Positions 38,960 through 54,320 of a stretch of 64,000 bases of DNA are shown here, in pieces. The DNA is from the human T2T-CHM13v2.0 reference genome, Homo sapiens: the NCBI RefSeq assembly GCF_009914755.1, contig NC_060937.1; one strand, given 5' to 3'. The notes beneath the pieces were generated by a model. It saw nothing but the letters and a program-made list of their open reading frames with translations. It was not told the DNA's origin and did no database searches. Numbering within the stretch: the stretch's first letter is position 1; every line of letters starts with the position of its first letter. The position numbers and the translations under genes were made by a program.

Positions 38960-40150
38960 AAGAATGAAACTGGATCCCTCCCTGTCTCTCACCATATATA
39001 AAAATTAACTTGAGATAGATTAAGGACATGGATACCTGACGTGAAACCATAAATATTCTAGAAGAAAACCCAGGACACACTTTCTGGACACTAGCCTTAG
39101 CAAATAATTTATCACTAAGATCCCAAAAGCAAGTGTAACAAAAACAAAAATAAATAAATGGGACTTACTTAAACTAAAAGCTTCTGCACAGCAAAAGAAA
39201 TAACAGAGTAAACAGACAAACTACAGAATGGGAGAAAATATTTGCAAACTATACACCTGACAGAGGAATAATCTCCATAATCTACAAGGAACTCAAACAA
39301 ATCAGCAAGAAAAAAAAATAACTCCGTTAAAAAGTGAGCAAAGGATATGAATAGATATTTCTCAAAAGAAGATATACAAATGGCCAAGAAACATATGGAA
39401 AAAATGCTCAACATCACTAATCATCAGGGAAATGCAAATCAAAACCACCACAATGAGATACCACCTTGCCCCAGGGAGAATGGCCATTGTTTAAAGTCAA
39501 AAAACAATGGATGCTGGCACAGATACAGTGAAAAGGGAACATTTATACACTGTTGGTGGGAAATTGGTACAACCTCTGTAGAAAACAGTATGGAGATTTC
39601 TCAGAAAACTAAAAGAAGATCTATCATTCAATCCAGCAATCCCACTACTGGCTATTTACCAAAAGGAAAAGAGTCATTATATAAAAAAGACACTAGCACT
39701 CATATGTTATCACAGCATAATTCACAATTGCAAAAATATGGGATCAACCTATACACACACGCACACACACACACACACACACAATGGAATAAAAAGAACA
39801 GCCATATAAGAACAAAATAATATCTTTTGCAGCAACTTGGACAGAACTGGAGGCCATCATTCAAAGCAAACTCAACTCAGGAATGGAAAACCAAATACCA
39901 AATGTTCTCACCTATAAACATGAGCTAAGCCATGGGTATGCAAAGGCATACAGAGTTGTATAACGGACACTGGAGACTCAGAAGTGGGGTAGGTAGAAAG
40001 GGGGTGAGGGATAGAAAATCACCTGTTGGGTACAATGTACACTATTCGGGTGATGGGTACACTAAAAGCCCAGACTTCACCACTGTACAATTCATCTATG
40101 TAACCAAAAACCACTTGTACCCCTAAAGCTATTGAATTTTTTTTTTAAAA
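38960..40150 (+). mobile_element. LINE-1 3' fragment (L1PB/L1MA-like ORF2 C-terminus and 3' UTR)
   Basis: ORF 39347 MNRYFSKEDIQMAKKHM is the L1 ORF2p C-terminal region; ends CCCTAAAGCTATTGAA. Confidence 0.9.
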
Positions 40151-42911
40151 AAGCTGCTACCATTTATTCAGCATTTACAATATGCTAGGCAATTTTCTAA
40201 GCACTTTGTATGTATCATCTTATTTCGTTCCTGTAACAACCCTAACAGTCACCTGGGACACAGAGAAGTAACTTGCCCATAGTAGATGGATCCAGGTTTC
40301 AAAACAGTCTGTGCTCCTAACCATGACATTCTGCATTATTTAAGATACCTTCCACCTGCAACAAACCAAGTAATTTTTTGAGGTAGCTGGTATTTAATCC
40401 AGCATTTGGGAACCGCTATACTATGGGAATGTTCAAGTCGCTTTAGCCATTTCACTCTTTGAAATCAGACACAAAATCAACAGTATCTCCTATTACTGGT
40501 CTTTATATCAAGAAATATTATCATCTTTATTATGAAGAATTTATAATATGCTAAATGCACAGAAATAGTTTTCCTGTAGAAGACTGGCTTATGTCTAAGT
40601 TTGCTGTTTCTAACAAAAATAGAAATTTTATATAACATAGTTTTTTCTTAACCTCACCTAGCAAGTTGCTATGTTTTATCAATTCTGCCCTAATAATATC
40701 TTAAAGGCTTTTAAATTCTTTCTGTATTCCTACTGACATCACACTAATTCAGATTTATATCATAAAACTTCCAGATTATTGATTGCCATATCATCTCAAC
40801 TGGTCCATCTGGCTCCAATCTCTCTCCAGCTGGATCCAAGCAAATGCACCCTGCGCTTTCAGGCTAATTTTCTTAAAACATTTCCTGCCTGTCACCCATG
40901 CAATTACAAGTCTGTTAATGATTACAGGGTACCTACAGGGTAAGCCCCCAATCTTTATAACCAGGCATTCAAGATCTATAAGTACCCACCGCCTACCCAT
41001 CTCCGGCTTCCCTTTCCTAAATTCAACTACAGTACAGTTTTTAATCCAAAATTCCTTCATAAAGACAAATACATCTTAAGCCACATTTAAAATGAGAAAA
41101 GTATTTAAATTGTGGGCTAATTCTTTAAATCCGTTTTAATAAAATTCTAGCTATCTTGGAGTTAAATGTTCAAATCTCATACTACTTCAAATGAGCTGCT
41201 TTTACTAATAGCTCTTAAACTTTTGGCAGAATATGTAGGAGGATGTTCTTAACACAAATTAAGCTCTTGCATCTGATCTTTCTGGTAATCTTGAAGTTCA
41301 GAGTTAGTTTTAGATGTCCAATTACTCAAAAACTCTGCCCCAAAGCAACAGGGAGGGTGTAGACTGTGTTTTAAAGCACGAATCTTGTATAATTCACTGA
41401 GCCAGTTTGTCAGACTTGAATTGTATTATTTTTACTTGAAAACACATAGTACCATGCCAAGAGGAAAATGTACCCAATCCTAGAAGTACAAGCTAGTGAA
41501 ATTTATCTATCTATTTAAGTCATGAAAGTTCCACTTACTCGTCTACTATGAAGTTTAAAAAAAAGTTCTACTACCAAGCAGAACTGAGAAGAGTCAATTG
41601 ACGATGCCCTAATATCCATTTCAGGTGGAGCTAATTTATCAGTTATTTCCTGTGGCTTCTCTGGAGCTCTTATAAAAGTTCTCCATTACCCCTTGAGGAC
41701 TGAATTTAAGATGAGGGGGGAAATATGATGATTTATGCAGCCATCATGCAAAATCCATATGAGTAAGAAAGTGACAGGTAGATAAACATTTTAGAGAGCC
41801 AGAGAAAGGATTGCTGCTGGAAACCATGCCCTCTCCTCTCCCCTTAAGGTAGGGCTCAACTGTTGCTTTCTTAGTGCTTATGTGATGTTAAACTGATTCA
41901 TCTTTTAAAAGATTAGAAAAATATGCAAGTAATTAATGAAGGGAACAAATATGAAAGAAAACTTCCCCCTAGTCAAATCTTTTATAACAGGTTCGCAGAA
42001 CAACTCCAGACCTGGAAGCCTGTGGAAAGGGAAACACAGTATCCACTAATGAGCAAACCAAGAAGTCCAAAGGATGAAGATTTTACCCACTGCTTGTTGT
42101 ATCACCAATAAAGGCATAAACTGCCTTGAAACAGCTCTCCAATTACCAGAGCAGGTAATTGGATTCGAAAGGAAAATAGATTCGCGTCTGGCCACATCCT
42201 TTATAATTATTATTATCTCATTCATACAAATGATGTACAACTCAGAGTCTAAAATATTTTTATAGGAAAGATTCCTTAAAGTTGCTCCATGAGCAGTTAG
42301 ATTTGTTTCTAATATTTCTCATAACTACAGAACTCATTCCTCATGGTCTGGTGCTACCTTTACGATACTGGTGTTTGAAGAAGAAATTTTAAGGCCTCAT
42401 AGTTTATTTTCCTTCCCCCAAATACCCTGTGTCACAAAAGCCGCTGGGAGAAGGCAATGTCTGCCTTCATTTGCTATTTAATTTTGCAGGAAAGCAGCCA
42501 TGTTGTACCACACCAGAGGCTGGCACTTCACATGATTCACTTCACCTCCAATAGGAAAAAAATGCAGATAAAGCAAAAAGCAAGTTGACGTCAGACCCAG
42601 CTTTTAAGAGTCACGGTCCAGAGTCTCTGCTGGGACCAGTCCTTATTCCCTCCACACTACTGTTACTGACCACTCCATCTTAATCACATCCAATAATACA
42701 TTCAAATGGCTCACTGACAACAGATAAGTTATATTCTACTGCTTAAGAAATCAGGAAATGTGAAATATAGTTTAGTTTTCCATCAAAAAAGTTAAAATTT
42801 AAAAGTTCTGGCATATAAAGTGTGTAATAGCCAACTACCTGGAAAACTTAGATTTTAGATAACCAATGGTTTGCTGTTCATCAAAGCAAAAAGAATCTAC
42901 AAAATACAATC

Positions 42912-42926
42912 CTGCCACCTTGTGGT
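42912..42926 (-). promoter_or_regulatory. CTCF-like motif
   Basis: Minus strand ACCACAAGGTGGCAG; a GC-rich spot in AT-rich surroundings. Confidence 0.55.
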
Positions 42927-43550
42927 ACCTGTTCAAAAGTACTTCATACTTTACCATAAATTTTCTAATTTTAAAAAATGTGCTTATTTGAAAAAATATT
43001 AATCAAGATAAAGTTATTTTAAAATATTAAATACTCATGCTGACATTAGCTAAAATGCACTGAAATTTGTTTGAAATGAAATTATTTCTCAGGTCAAAAC
43101 TAAATTATCTCTTCCAACATAAGATGTGGAAATGCAATTGTGTAGCACTTGGATCTCTTGATAAACTCTTACCATCACACTTTCCTTTCTGACAGTTAAA
43201 TAGCCGGAATGTTAAATAAATAGAACTGCAAAACTTACTAGATAGCATTGCTTGATCAATTTTTAACTACAAGTAGAGATTAAGTATGGTAAATTTCTAT
43301 ATCTTTACTAAACTTATAATTTTTAGATTGTTCAGACTCTTCAATGAACCTAAATAGACTTAAGTTTCTTAACATCATATTGACGTATAAGAGAATAGTT
43401 CTAAAACAGTGAATTAAAATACAGAACCACTGGCAGTTTCAGAGCATCATCTACAATAATTACTTTTAGAAAATTGTTAAGTGATGACTAAGTCTCCTTT
43501 GACAAATAAAATATTGAAAGCTTATCCTGTGAAAATATAAACTACCAATT

Positions 43551-44020
43551 ACAGGAGTCCTCCCTTATCTGTGGTTTCACTTTCCATAATTTTAGTTACC
43601 TATACTCCAAAAATATTAAGTGGAAAATTCCAGAAATAAGTCATAAATGTTAAATTATGTGCTGAAATCCTCCCTTTGTCCAGCAGATCCACATTGTATA
43701 CACTACTTGCCCATTAGTCACCCAGTAACTGTCTCAGTTATCAGATCCACTGTCAGCGTGTCAAAGTGATTGGAGGATTCAAGTAACCCTTATTTTACTT
43801 CATAGCCCCAAAGTGCAAGAGTAGTAATGCTGGCATATTGTTATAATTGTTCTATTACTGTTGTTGTTAATCTCTTACTGTGCCTAATTTATAAATTAAG
43901 CTTTATCAGAGGTATGTATGTATAGGGAAAAAACATACTGAATATTGGTTTTGATCCTATCCTCAGTTGCAGGCATCCATGGGGAGTCTTAGAATGTGAC
44001 CCCTGGAATAAAGAGGGGTC
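43551..44020. mobile_element. Tigger2-family non-autonomous DNA transposon (MER8/MER28-like)
   Basis: CAGGAGTCCTCCCTTATCTGTGG terminus and internal AAATATTAAGTGGAAAATTCCAGAAATAA. Confidence 0.75.
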
Positions 44021-44309
44021 ACAAATGCAAAGATAAACTGTGGCATTTTTCTGTTATACAGCATCCTTTGAATTCTTCTATTTAACAAATACTGGTCATC
44101 TCTTTTGTCTCACAACTTGAGAACTGTTCCTTTTTTTTCATATGAGACAGCATGTTTTACTTTGCACACTGGTATCAATCCTTCAGACACTCTCAACCAT
44201 TGACATATCTGATTTCTGTCTCCCCTCTCACCCACTCACTCACTCAACAAACATATGAGGACCTGCTATGTGTACCAGGTCCCTAAAACGGAAACATGAA
44301 AAAGCATAG

Positions 44310-44835
44310 TCCTCGCCTGTAACCCCAATATTGTGGGAGGCTGAGGTGGGCAGATCACTTGAGTCCGGGAATTTGAGACCACCCTGGACAAAATGGTGAA
44401 ACCCTGGCTATACAATTAACCGGTTGTGGTGGCATGTGCCTGTAGACCCAGCTACCCTGGAGGCTGAGGTGGGAGGACTGCCTTTGCCTGAGCCTGGGAG
44501 GTTGAGACTGCAGTGAGCCATGACCTAATCTTCAAGGAAAGGCAATTTTCTTTGTTTTGAGGTATATATTTTTGAACATTCCTTCTATCCCTCAAATTCT
44601 TCTCAAAATAAGCTCCACATCTAATTGTACAACTGCAGTAGTCCATTTTCATGCTGTGGATAAAGACCTGAGATTGGGCAATTTAAAAAAGAAAGAGATT
44701 TACTTGGACTTGCAGTTCCACGTGGCCAGGGAAGCCCAATTATGACGGAAGGCAAGGAAGAGCAAGTCACGTCTTACATAGATGGCAGTAGGCAAAGAGA
44801 GAGAGCTTGTGCAGGGGAATTCCTCTTTTTAAAAC
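44310..44835. mobile_element. Truncated Alu followed by THE1/MST LTR fragment (~44635-44835)
   Basis: Alu core sequence, then GGAAGGCAAGGAAGAGCAAGTCACGTCTTACATAGATGGCAG typical of THE1. Confidence 0.8.
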
Positions 44836-44973
44836 GGAATTGCAGACCCAATGTACATCTTTTATTCAAACTGATTAATGCATTTTTAGATTTAAAATAT
44901 TAAATTTATTAAATAATATTAAATCTACCAATCACTCAAGTATTTTACATTCATTTAAAACTATACAACTGGA

Positions 44974-45290
<317 letters not shown>

Positions 45291-46399
45291 AACTGTACAA
45301 TTGGATGAGTACTTTTGTCAGCATGCAAATCAGTTTAAGTTATACAAACAGTAGAAGCAGTATATATGTGTGTGTGTGTGTGTGTATATATTTAGCATAG
45401 ATGTATATATTTTTAAATTAAGCTAGTCAGGCCAGCTTTATTAAGCATTCACAAAAATCCACATTTCAAAAGAACCATGCAACTGATGGTTTACATATAA
45501 TTTGAGGACCTCTATTCCTAAGACAAACTAAAGTACAGCTAACATCATCTTTAATTATAGACTAATTAAGCTAATGTTTTCTGATAGAAAGGCTCAATAT
45601 AATACTCAATCTTTTACAATTTTAAGCCAATTTGTAATGGCTTCAACTGAGGAGTCCAACAAATTAAAAAGCTGTTATGCAACTAAATGTTTAAAGATCT
45701 TAAGCTAAAAAAGGACTATACAATTCATCTCAGTTAACCAGTAAAAAATTTCTATCATGATCTCCAAATAATCCTCCAAGTGATTTTTAAAATAGCTTTA
45801 AAATTTTTCCAGCTGGGAAAAACAAAGCAAAGAACTAAAATGGCTGAACTGAACCTTATTTCACCCTCCAAGCTGAGTATTTAGAAACCAACTGCTTTTC
45901 AAGGTACTAGGCAGGACTTAGGACAACTGAGAGACAATTCCTTCCACAATTATTTGAATTACAGTGAGGTACTCACAGCAGGATTATCACTAGACTATAG
46001 GAAAAGCTTCACGCTACAGACTATGGTGGCTTTCTTGGGCCTCTCTTCCCACCCAGGCCCAACTGACACTCCTGGTGGACAAACAAGTGCTTCAGGAAGT
46101 AGTCCCAAAATTCCATCTGTCCCCTAAGGCAGTTTCTACTTAAAGGGGCAGTGGTCCAATTTATTTATGATGACTCATTACTTCAAAGAGAACAAAAATA
46201 CTATGAATATAGTGATTTGTTATGTTTCAAGCATTTTAAAAGGCATGGGTGATTTTCTTTAGGTTTTCTTAGAGTGCAACAAGTTAATAACATAAGACCT
46301 CTACAGATCATTTCGTCTTGATCCCAAAATCAGGAAAATCTAGTGAGGGTTTTCCCCACTTTTGACACACTTATGTCAGAGGTGAAAAAACAATAAGGA

Positions 46400-46560
46400 T
46401 GCAAGAATGGAAGGAAGGAGAAGAGGAAGAGAAAGGATGAAGGAAGGGTTAAAAATAAGAATGGAGGGAAGAAGGAGGGAGAGGAGATGAAGAAAGGGAG
46501 GTAGGGGAAGGAGGACGGGAGGAGAGTAAAAGGAGGGAGGGAGAGGAAAGGGAAGAAAAA
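46400..46560 (+). repeat. Purine-rich GGAA/GGAG low-complexity tract
   Basis: Directly visible. Confidence 0.85.
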
Positions 46561-46949
46561 CTAACCAGACAAGTAAACCAAAACCCAGGCAAGCAGGTAT
46601 CAAGAAGCCTCAGAAATGTAGAAACGAGATATCTGACAACTTTTTCATTCCCAGTACAATAAGGCCTCATTGTACTTCCTGCAATTTATATCTTAGATAT
46701 TCTACTCTAGCCCTAGAAATATACTATCTTATTGGAGCAGAGGTGGGGAAGGGGCGGGAAACAAAAAGAAATCTACAATTCTTTGTTTTTCTATTATTTA
46801 AACAGTCTGCAATGTTGTTCCAGAAGGTAGACAAGAGACTGATAAAACCAACCAAAAAAACAAGTGAAAGGAATAAAAGCAGAATGGTATTAATTATGAG
46901 ACGGAAAATGTATGTAATTAGTAAGTAAATATACAAGTTGGATCTCCTT

Positions 46950-47620
46950 AAAAAAATAAACTTGAGAAAATTAAAAAAATTTTGTAGTAGAAAAAAGATA
47001 ATCCAAAGGGTCCAACATCACAAAAGTAGTTTTAAATTATAAGAATGAAATGAACAATGACAAATGTAGCATATATTAAAACTGCAGGATGCATCTAAAG
47101 TAGCACTTAGGGGAAATGTATAGTCTTGAACATTAGAATAAAGCCTAAAGATTATTGGGATAAGGATTTCAAGGAAACTGGCAGGGTGGGAGGGTCAGGA
47201 GAGGGAGGTAAAACAAACAAAAGCAAAAAAAAAAAAAATTCAAGAAAGGAGATAAAGACAACAGCAAAAACTGTTAAAATAGAAAACAAGCATATATTAG
47301 AAGATCAACAAAACCAAAAATTGGCTGTATGAAAAAGACCATAAACCAGCAAGCCGCCAGTATAATTTAATCAAGAAAAAAAGAGAAGGCAGAAATAAGC
47401 AGTATCAGGAACGAAAAAAATATGTAACCATAATTTAAGAGATATAGATTAAATGGTCAAATAGAAAAAATATAACTTACTGAAACAAAGAGATATAAAG
47501 TCTGAATAGTCCTATATTGCCATCATATAAAATTAAATCAATATAATAGTGAAAAATATTTCCTCAAATAAAACTCCCAGACTAGATAGCTCCACCAAAA
47601 AGTCCTACAAAGCACTAAGT
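46950..47620 (+). mobile_element. Old L1 ORF2 remnant
   Basis: GCACTTAGGGGAAATGTATAG and other L1 ORF2-like motifs; A-rich. Confidence 0.6.
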
Positions 47621-48416
47621 GACCCAGCTCAGCCAGTCCCTGCAATGGCCAAAGGAAAGATCAACAACAAAGCCCAACAAAAGTGGCAGTCTCCAGTGAA
47701 AATGACAAAACCTTAGTACATGGCCAGAAGAAAAAAATTAAAATTAATGCCATGTGGTTGACACCCAGAGCTCTGCATGAACCATATAATATACTCTGGG
47801 GACTCCAAAAAATATTTGGAAGAGGCACTGGTATCCCACATTAGGTGGGGGCTACATGGATTATAATTAATAAAAACTAATATTCTAATGAAAACTGTTT
47901 ACATCTTAAGGGATATGGAGTTTTCAAATATTAGCTGAGATGTGATTATTGACATATACATAAATTAAGTATTACTCCCAGTCTATCCAACTTTCTACTT
48001 TAATAGTTATATAAGCTATATACAAACTGTAGGGAAACTTGTGTTGTGTCCAGGAATTTAAATATAAAAATACATTATGTTTATTATAAAACAGAATCAT
48101 TAATACTGTATCAGTCAACAATTATATAAATTATTTGTAACTTGAAATAAACAGAATAATGAAGTGATTTTTTTCTTTTTGTTGATTATTATCTAATAAA
48201 AAATATCAATATACAAAAACAGGGATGATGTGCTCTATTTTAAAAAAAGAAAGTTATCAAGAGTGCCCATAAACTGCATGATCTGACACTTGAATTATGA
48301 AAAATAAATCTTATACTTGAAGTCAACCTTTAATTTAAAAATCATAGACAATTATGAGTCAAAGGGAAATTTTATGATGGCTGTTTTCTATAGTTAGTAA
48401 TTACAATCTACATTAA

Positions 48417-49014
<598 letters not shown>

Positions 49015-49396
49015 TGACCTATATTTTCTCAAACACAAACATTTTACTAAGACTATATTAGACTATCCTAGTCACTGATTGATTTTAAAAATTTAAAGAT
49101 TGTTGCATGGATCTTCCCAGATGGAATATATTTAACAATAAAATACAATCACTGCAAAAATAAGAATCCATTATTTTTCCTGAAACAATATATATTATTT
49201 ATATATAATAATGGCTCCCTTTCATTTCTGGGCATTTAAACGTCTAATTCTGCCTGAAAGGCATGTCCTTCCATGGTACACCTTTTCTAGTTTATAACTC
49301 TGATCACTCTTTGGATCTCAGGAAGTTCCTTCCTGAAGTGAGCCTTGCATGAACCCTTAGATCAAGTGAGGTCTCCCTATCAAATGTGCTCATAGA

Positions 49397-49698
49397 TTTT
49401 TTTTTTTTTTTTTTTTTGAGACGGAGTCTTGCTCTGTCGCCCAGGCTGGAGTGCAGTGGGCATGATCTCGGCTCACTGCAACCTCCGCCTCCTGGGCTCA
49501 AGTGATTCTCCTGCCTCGGCCTCCTGAGTAGTTGGGCTTACAGGCGGGTGCCACCACGCCTGGCTAATTTTTGTATTTTTAGTAGAGACAGGATTTCACC
49601 TTGGTGGCCAGGCTGGTCTCAAACTCCTGACCTAGTGATCTGCCCGCCTCAGCCTCCCAAAGTGCTGGGATTACAGGCGTGAGCCACTGCGCCCAGCC
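49397..49698 (-). mobile_element. Alu (AluS-like)
   Basis: Poly-T, full dimer, TSD TGCT(C/A)ATAGATTT. Confidence 0.95.
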
Positions 49699-50654
49699 TG
49701 CTAATAGATTTAAATACCATTCCTTAAGAGACAGAAGAAGAGACCATGAAGAACACAGAAGTATTAACACTATTTTAAAGTAAAGTCCTTATATAAAAAG
49801 CAAATAGTAAAATAATAAGTATAATAATAATAATAAGTAAAATAATGTCTATAGATTCCTTGGGAAAACTAGGAGAAAATTTAAAAGCAGAACTATTTTT
49901 AAATTACTTAAACAGTTAAATCACAACATTCTCTTAGAGATGCCAGAAAATTCTGCAAGCCTTAAGTTACAAGAAATATTAAAATTTACTCACATTTAAA
50001 ATTTACTTACATTTCTGTATGTTTTATACAGAAAAAATACATGTAGAATAATATTACTAATATTGAACTCCACACACTAAGTACTTTATACGTATATTAC
50101 CTCATGTAATCCTCATGATAACTCTAACTTTGTTTTACCATTTTATAGGCAGAAAAACTGAGACACAGAAAGACTAAATAACATGCCCAAGTTCATAGGC
50201 ATAAATTAATAATTTTTTGTCAGGCTTGGAACCTGGCAGTCTGATGCCAGAGTGTATATGCTTTATTGTCTCTACAAAGAATAAAATAAATAGGAAGCTC
50301 AAAATCTGGGGGGGAAGGGTAAAATAATGGGGTATTTGAATTTTTTCACATTTTTCATGCATAGCAATTCTTTACATAATTAAAATGAGCCAATGATAGT
50401 AAATTTACACCACATTCCAAAACATAAGCCACCATCAAACTATTTATGGAAAACTCATGATTAGTTTGTTTACCACACTCTACCACGGTATCTAGTTTTC
50501 CTACTATGGACGCCACCCAGCAAGAGAGCCCAGTATGCAGACATGGACACTAATTGTCAAACAGCACTAGGTAGGGATTTCTGGCAGTGAACCAAAAGAA
50601 ACGAGATTAATGAATTTTTGCTATGTCTGATATATAAACAAACACACAGGTAGT

Positions 50655-50720
50655 GTGTGTGTGTGTGTGTGTATTTATGTATGTGTGTATGTTTACGTGT
50701 GTGTTTGTGTATGTGTGTAG
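50655..50720. repeat. Degenerate (GT)n microsatellite
   Basis: Directly visible. Confidence 0.9.
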
Positions 50721-50987
50721 CTTTTCAGTCAGGCTCTCTATCCTGTATCATCAAAGATTATAGGTCTCTGAATATTACTGAATAAAAAATATTAAGCCCT
50801 CTTACTTGGTCCTAGATGGCCCTAGGAGCAGATCCAATGAAATAAACTACACAAGAGTGACTGATACTAAAAAACACCAGAACTAGGTTATCTATGAATG
50901 GAAAATGCATCTGTGTATCTAGAATCAGCAACCCTAACCTTTAGCACACAGTCTAGAAACTTGAAGAATGAAAACCAACCTCTACAC

Positions 50988-51200
50988 CAAGCTTGCCCAA
51001 CCCACGGGCATGGCCCAGGACAGCTTTGAATGCGGCCTAACTCGTGAACTTTCTTAAAACAGTATGAGATCTTTCTGTGATTTTTTTTTTTTTTTTTTTT
51101 AGCTCACCAGCTATCATTAGTGTTAGTGTATTTTACGTGTGGCCCAAGACAATTCTTCTTCCAGCGTGGCCCAGGGAAACCAAAAGATTGGACACCCCTA
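50988..51200. mobile_element. MER30 hAT MITE
   Basis: GTGGCCCAAGACAATTCTTCTTCCAGCGTGGCCCAGGGAAACCAAAAGATTGGACACCCC. Confidence 0.85.
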
Positions 51201-54011
51201 CTCTAAACAGTTCAAAAAGCTCTCATAAAGCCACTGTACCAAAGCAATATACTGTGCTTTTAAGATCTTGTTAGAAAATTATTGACTTGTATATCGTATA
51301 ATCCTTAAAACTTAATTATCTGGCTTCCTGGGTTTCAGGAAAGTAAAAGCAACTAAACAAAAATGGCAAGCTGTTACCAGCCACATACACCAGCATTCTC
51401 AAGAAGAGATAGCTTTCAACCTAATAAGACAAAAAGTAAGTACTGGCCACCAAATGAGACAACTCATCACCTGTATGCTAAATCTGAGTCACTAAGGACA
51501 CACAGTCTTCTCAGAAGGTTAAAACAAGATTAGATAAAAGTTTAAGCTTCAATTTCTGTGTATCAAATACTCAAACCAATGAAAAATCAGGTAAATAAGT
51601 TGTTACTATTCAGAATCTACAGCATGCCATCCTATTATTTATTTAGGACTAAAATGGAAAAAGTCTATGATTCTAGGCTGGCCCTATCAAGGACTGCTGT
51701 ATGAAAATTTTATTTCAAAAATAGCAGATGGAAGACACAGCTCTGTATTTAACAAACATGAAACTATTAAGCCACCATTTGAGAGCATTCAATGAATAAA
51801 TACTGAGAAATATTAAATTTGAAAAATAGTGTTAATAACAAGACTGATAAGTTTGGATCTTTTTTTTAAATTGAATGTATAAGATGTGTACAAGTTCCAA
51901 AATGTTATCAACAGCACCTGAAAAAACTTTCCTTTAAATTGAGCAACTGTAAAAGACAAAGATCTTAAAAGTATTTCATTTTAATATAGCATGAATTTAA
52001 CATTCATTAACATTAAAAAATTAAGATTGGAAAATCAATTTTCTTATGGTTTTGGCATTTTTTTAAGACAACAGGGTAATGCTATTAATTCCTTGGGAAT
52101 TAGTGATTGCTGATAAATTCATTTTTACATATAAAAGTATTAGTTGAACACTTAATACTATAAAAATTGTAGGTGCCTGGGACATAAAGATTCTAATGAA
52201 AGAAATAGACATGAATCAAATAATTATAATATAGGAAATTCTCTCACAGATGAGAGATGAAGGCAGCAGCGATCCCAGGACCAGCTGTTGAGAATAAAGT
52301 AGAATTTAGGATGATGCAGGGTTTGGGCTTAAGGTAGAGTACATGTTGGTACTAGTAGCTGTGAGAGAATACAGGAGGGGTGGATTATGTGAAAACAGGA
52401 ATAAATAAGAGGCTGTTTGGAGGAGACATCCAAGTAGATATGTTCACAGGGAAATTGAAGACACTCCAGACAACTCTAGAATTTCTACAAAGGAGTCCAG
52501 GGACAGGGGTTAGGAGACACTTCTTGAGGCCAAGTTTCCATACTAACCACACTCCTTTTACATAAATGTTTGTTTTTTGGTTGTTTTACATAGATTGTAT
52601 GCTTACTCAGTGAAGCTTTCATGTGTAACAGGTCATAGAGATTATGGGGGGCTGCTGCCTACACCCTCTTCCCCTTGTGTTATGAGCGGCTGAATTGGGT
52701 TCCACAGATAAATTGGGTCGCTGGAGTACAAAGAAAACCTACTATAAAAAGAAGGGAGGCCAAGCAACAGAACCTAGGGAAACACCAACGTTTAAGAGAG
52801 CTGGGGAGAGAAGCCAAACAAATAGTAAATGAGACTGAAAAGGAGAAGGCCAAGAGACAGAAGGAGAACCAGAAGAGACTGGTGCACTGGAGCCAACAGA
52901 GGAGAACTTCAGGAAGTAACAGGCAGCAATGCCAAAGATACAGAGAGATCAAATGAGACAAGAAGGATGGAAATGGGATCCTCGGGGCTTGAGACTTCGC
53001 AGTTAGGAAGTCATTGGTGACATCTGCAGAAAAAGCTTGGGGTGGGAGGTGGTAAGGAAAAAGGAACAGCCACACCACAGCAGTGTAGATGAATGGGTAA
53101 AATGAGGAAGACAGGTAACTGGTGAGGGGTGGGTGGTTCTGGTTCACTTAGGTTGTCAATAAAGTGGAAAAGATTAAACAAGAGATGATATATCCTGATA
53201 AAGCAAAGTCCCAGAGAACACAGGAAGGAATGAGCTATTTACCATTTGACATAGAAATTTAAATTAGCGTGTGATGAGAACACTAGCCTCAGTCAGTGTA
53301 ATAACTGTGATACAGACACTTTCATTTGTTCATTCAAATATTTACAAGCATCTACTATGCTCAGGAACAATACTCGGTGCTGATCATTTACCAACAGAGC
53401 CCACCTAACTCCACCCACCCTGAAGGCTGGATATATCTACAGTCGTGGTCCATGATGCTGGCAGATAACATGAAATCAACAAATACTTCTAATAATCCAC
53501 AAGTGGATTTCATCCTCTTTATGTCCTCCTAGAATGTGCAATGGGCCATACTACCAAAAAATTATAGCAATAATAACAAAGTCGGTGGGGGACATGCAAT
53601 CTAGGTCCAATGTAGAAAGTATTCCTCCTTTGAATTAAAAAAAATTCTGTATATTTAGCAATCACATACAAATATTACTGACTGAACCATTATTCCCAGT
53701 TAAAACTCTTCACGTTTCTATTCCATCCTCAATTATACTTCTTAAGATGTCACAATTTCTTTGTTCCTTCTCAAACTCCATCAGCTTTTCAAATATAAAG
53801 GGTGCTTAATATATTTTTATTTTCATATAAGTAATATAAAGCAAAATTATGGAAACACGTGCATGTTAGTAAATTTGCAGTATGTTATAAAAGAATTGAC
53901 ATCTATGCTGTTAGTCTACTAAGTGCCAAGAATGACTTTATACATACATTATATAATTTAATCCTCAAAACAACTCATTTTCAGGTGAAGAGATTGAGCT
54001 TTAGAGAGGTT

Positions 54012-54320
54012 AGCCAGGTGCAGTGGCTCACGCCTGTAATCCAGGCACTTCGGGAGGCTGAGGCAAGTGGATCACCTGAGGTCAGGAGTTCGAGACCAGT
54101 CTGGCCCACATGGCAAAACCCCATCTCTACTAAAAATACAAAAAAAAATTAGCCAGGCATGGTGGCACACACCTGTAATCCCAGTACCTCAGGAAGCTGA
54201 GGCCAGAGGATCGCTTGAACCTGGGAGGCAGGGGCTGCAGTGAGCCCAGATCACGCCACTGCACTCCAGCCTGGGCAACAGAGTGAGACTCCATCTCAAA
54301 ACAAAACAAAACAAAAAACT
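54012..54320 (+). mobile_element. Alu inserted in a MIR
   Basis: TSD AGAGAGGTTA; MIR halves on both flanks. Confidence 0.95.

Noticed and set aside
39347-39820. 157-aa ORF as a functional gene
   Set aside because: Frameshifted L1 ORF2p C-terminal remnant.
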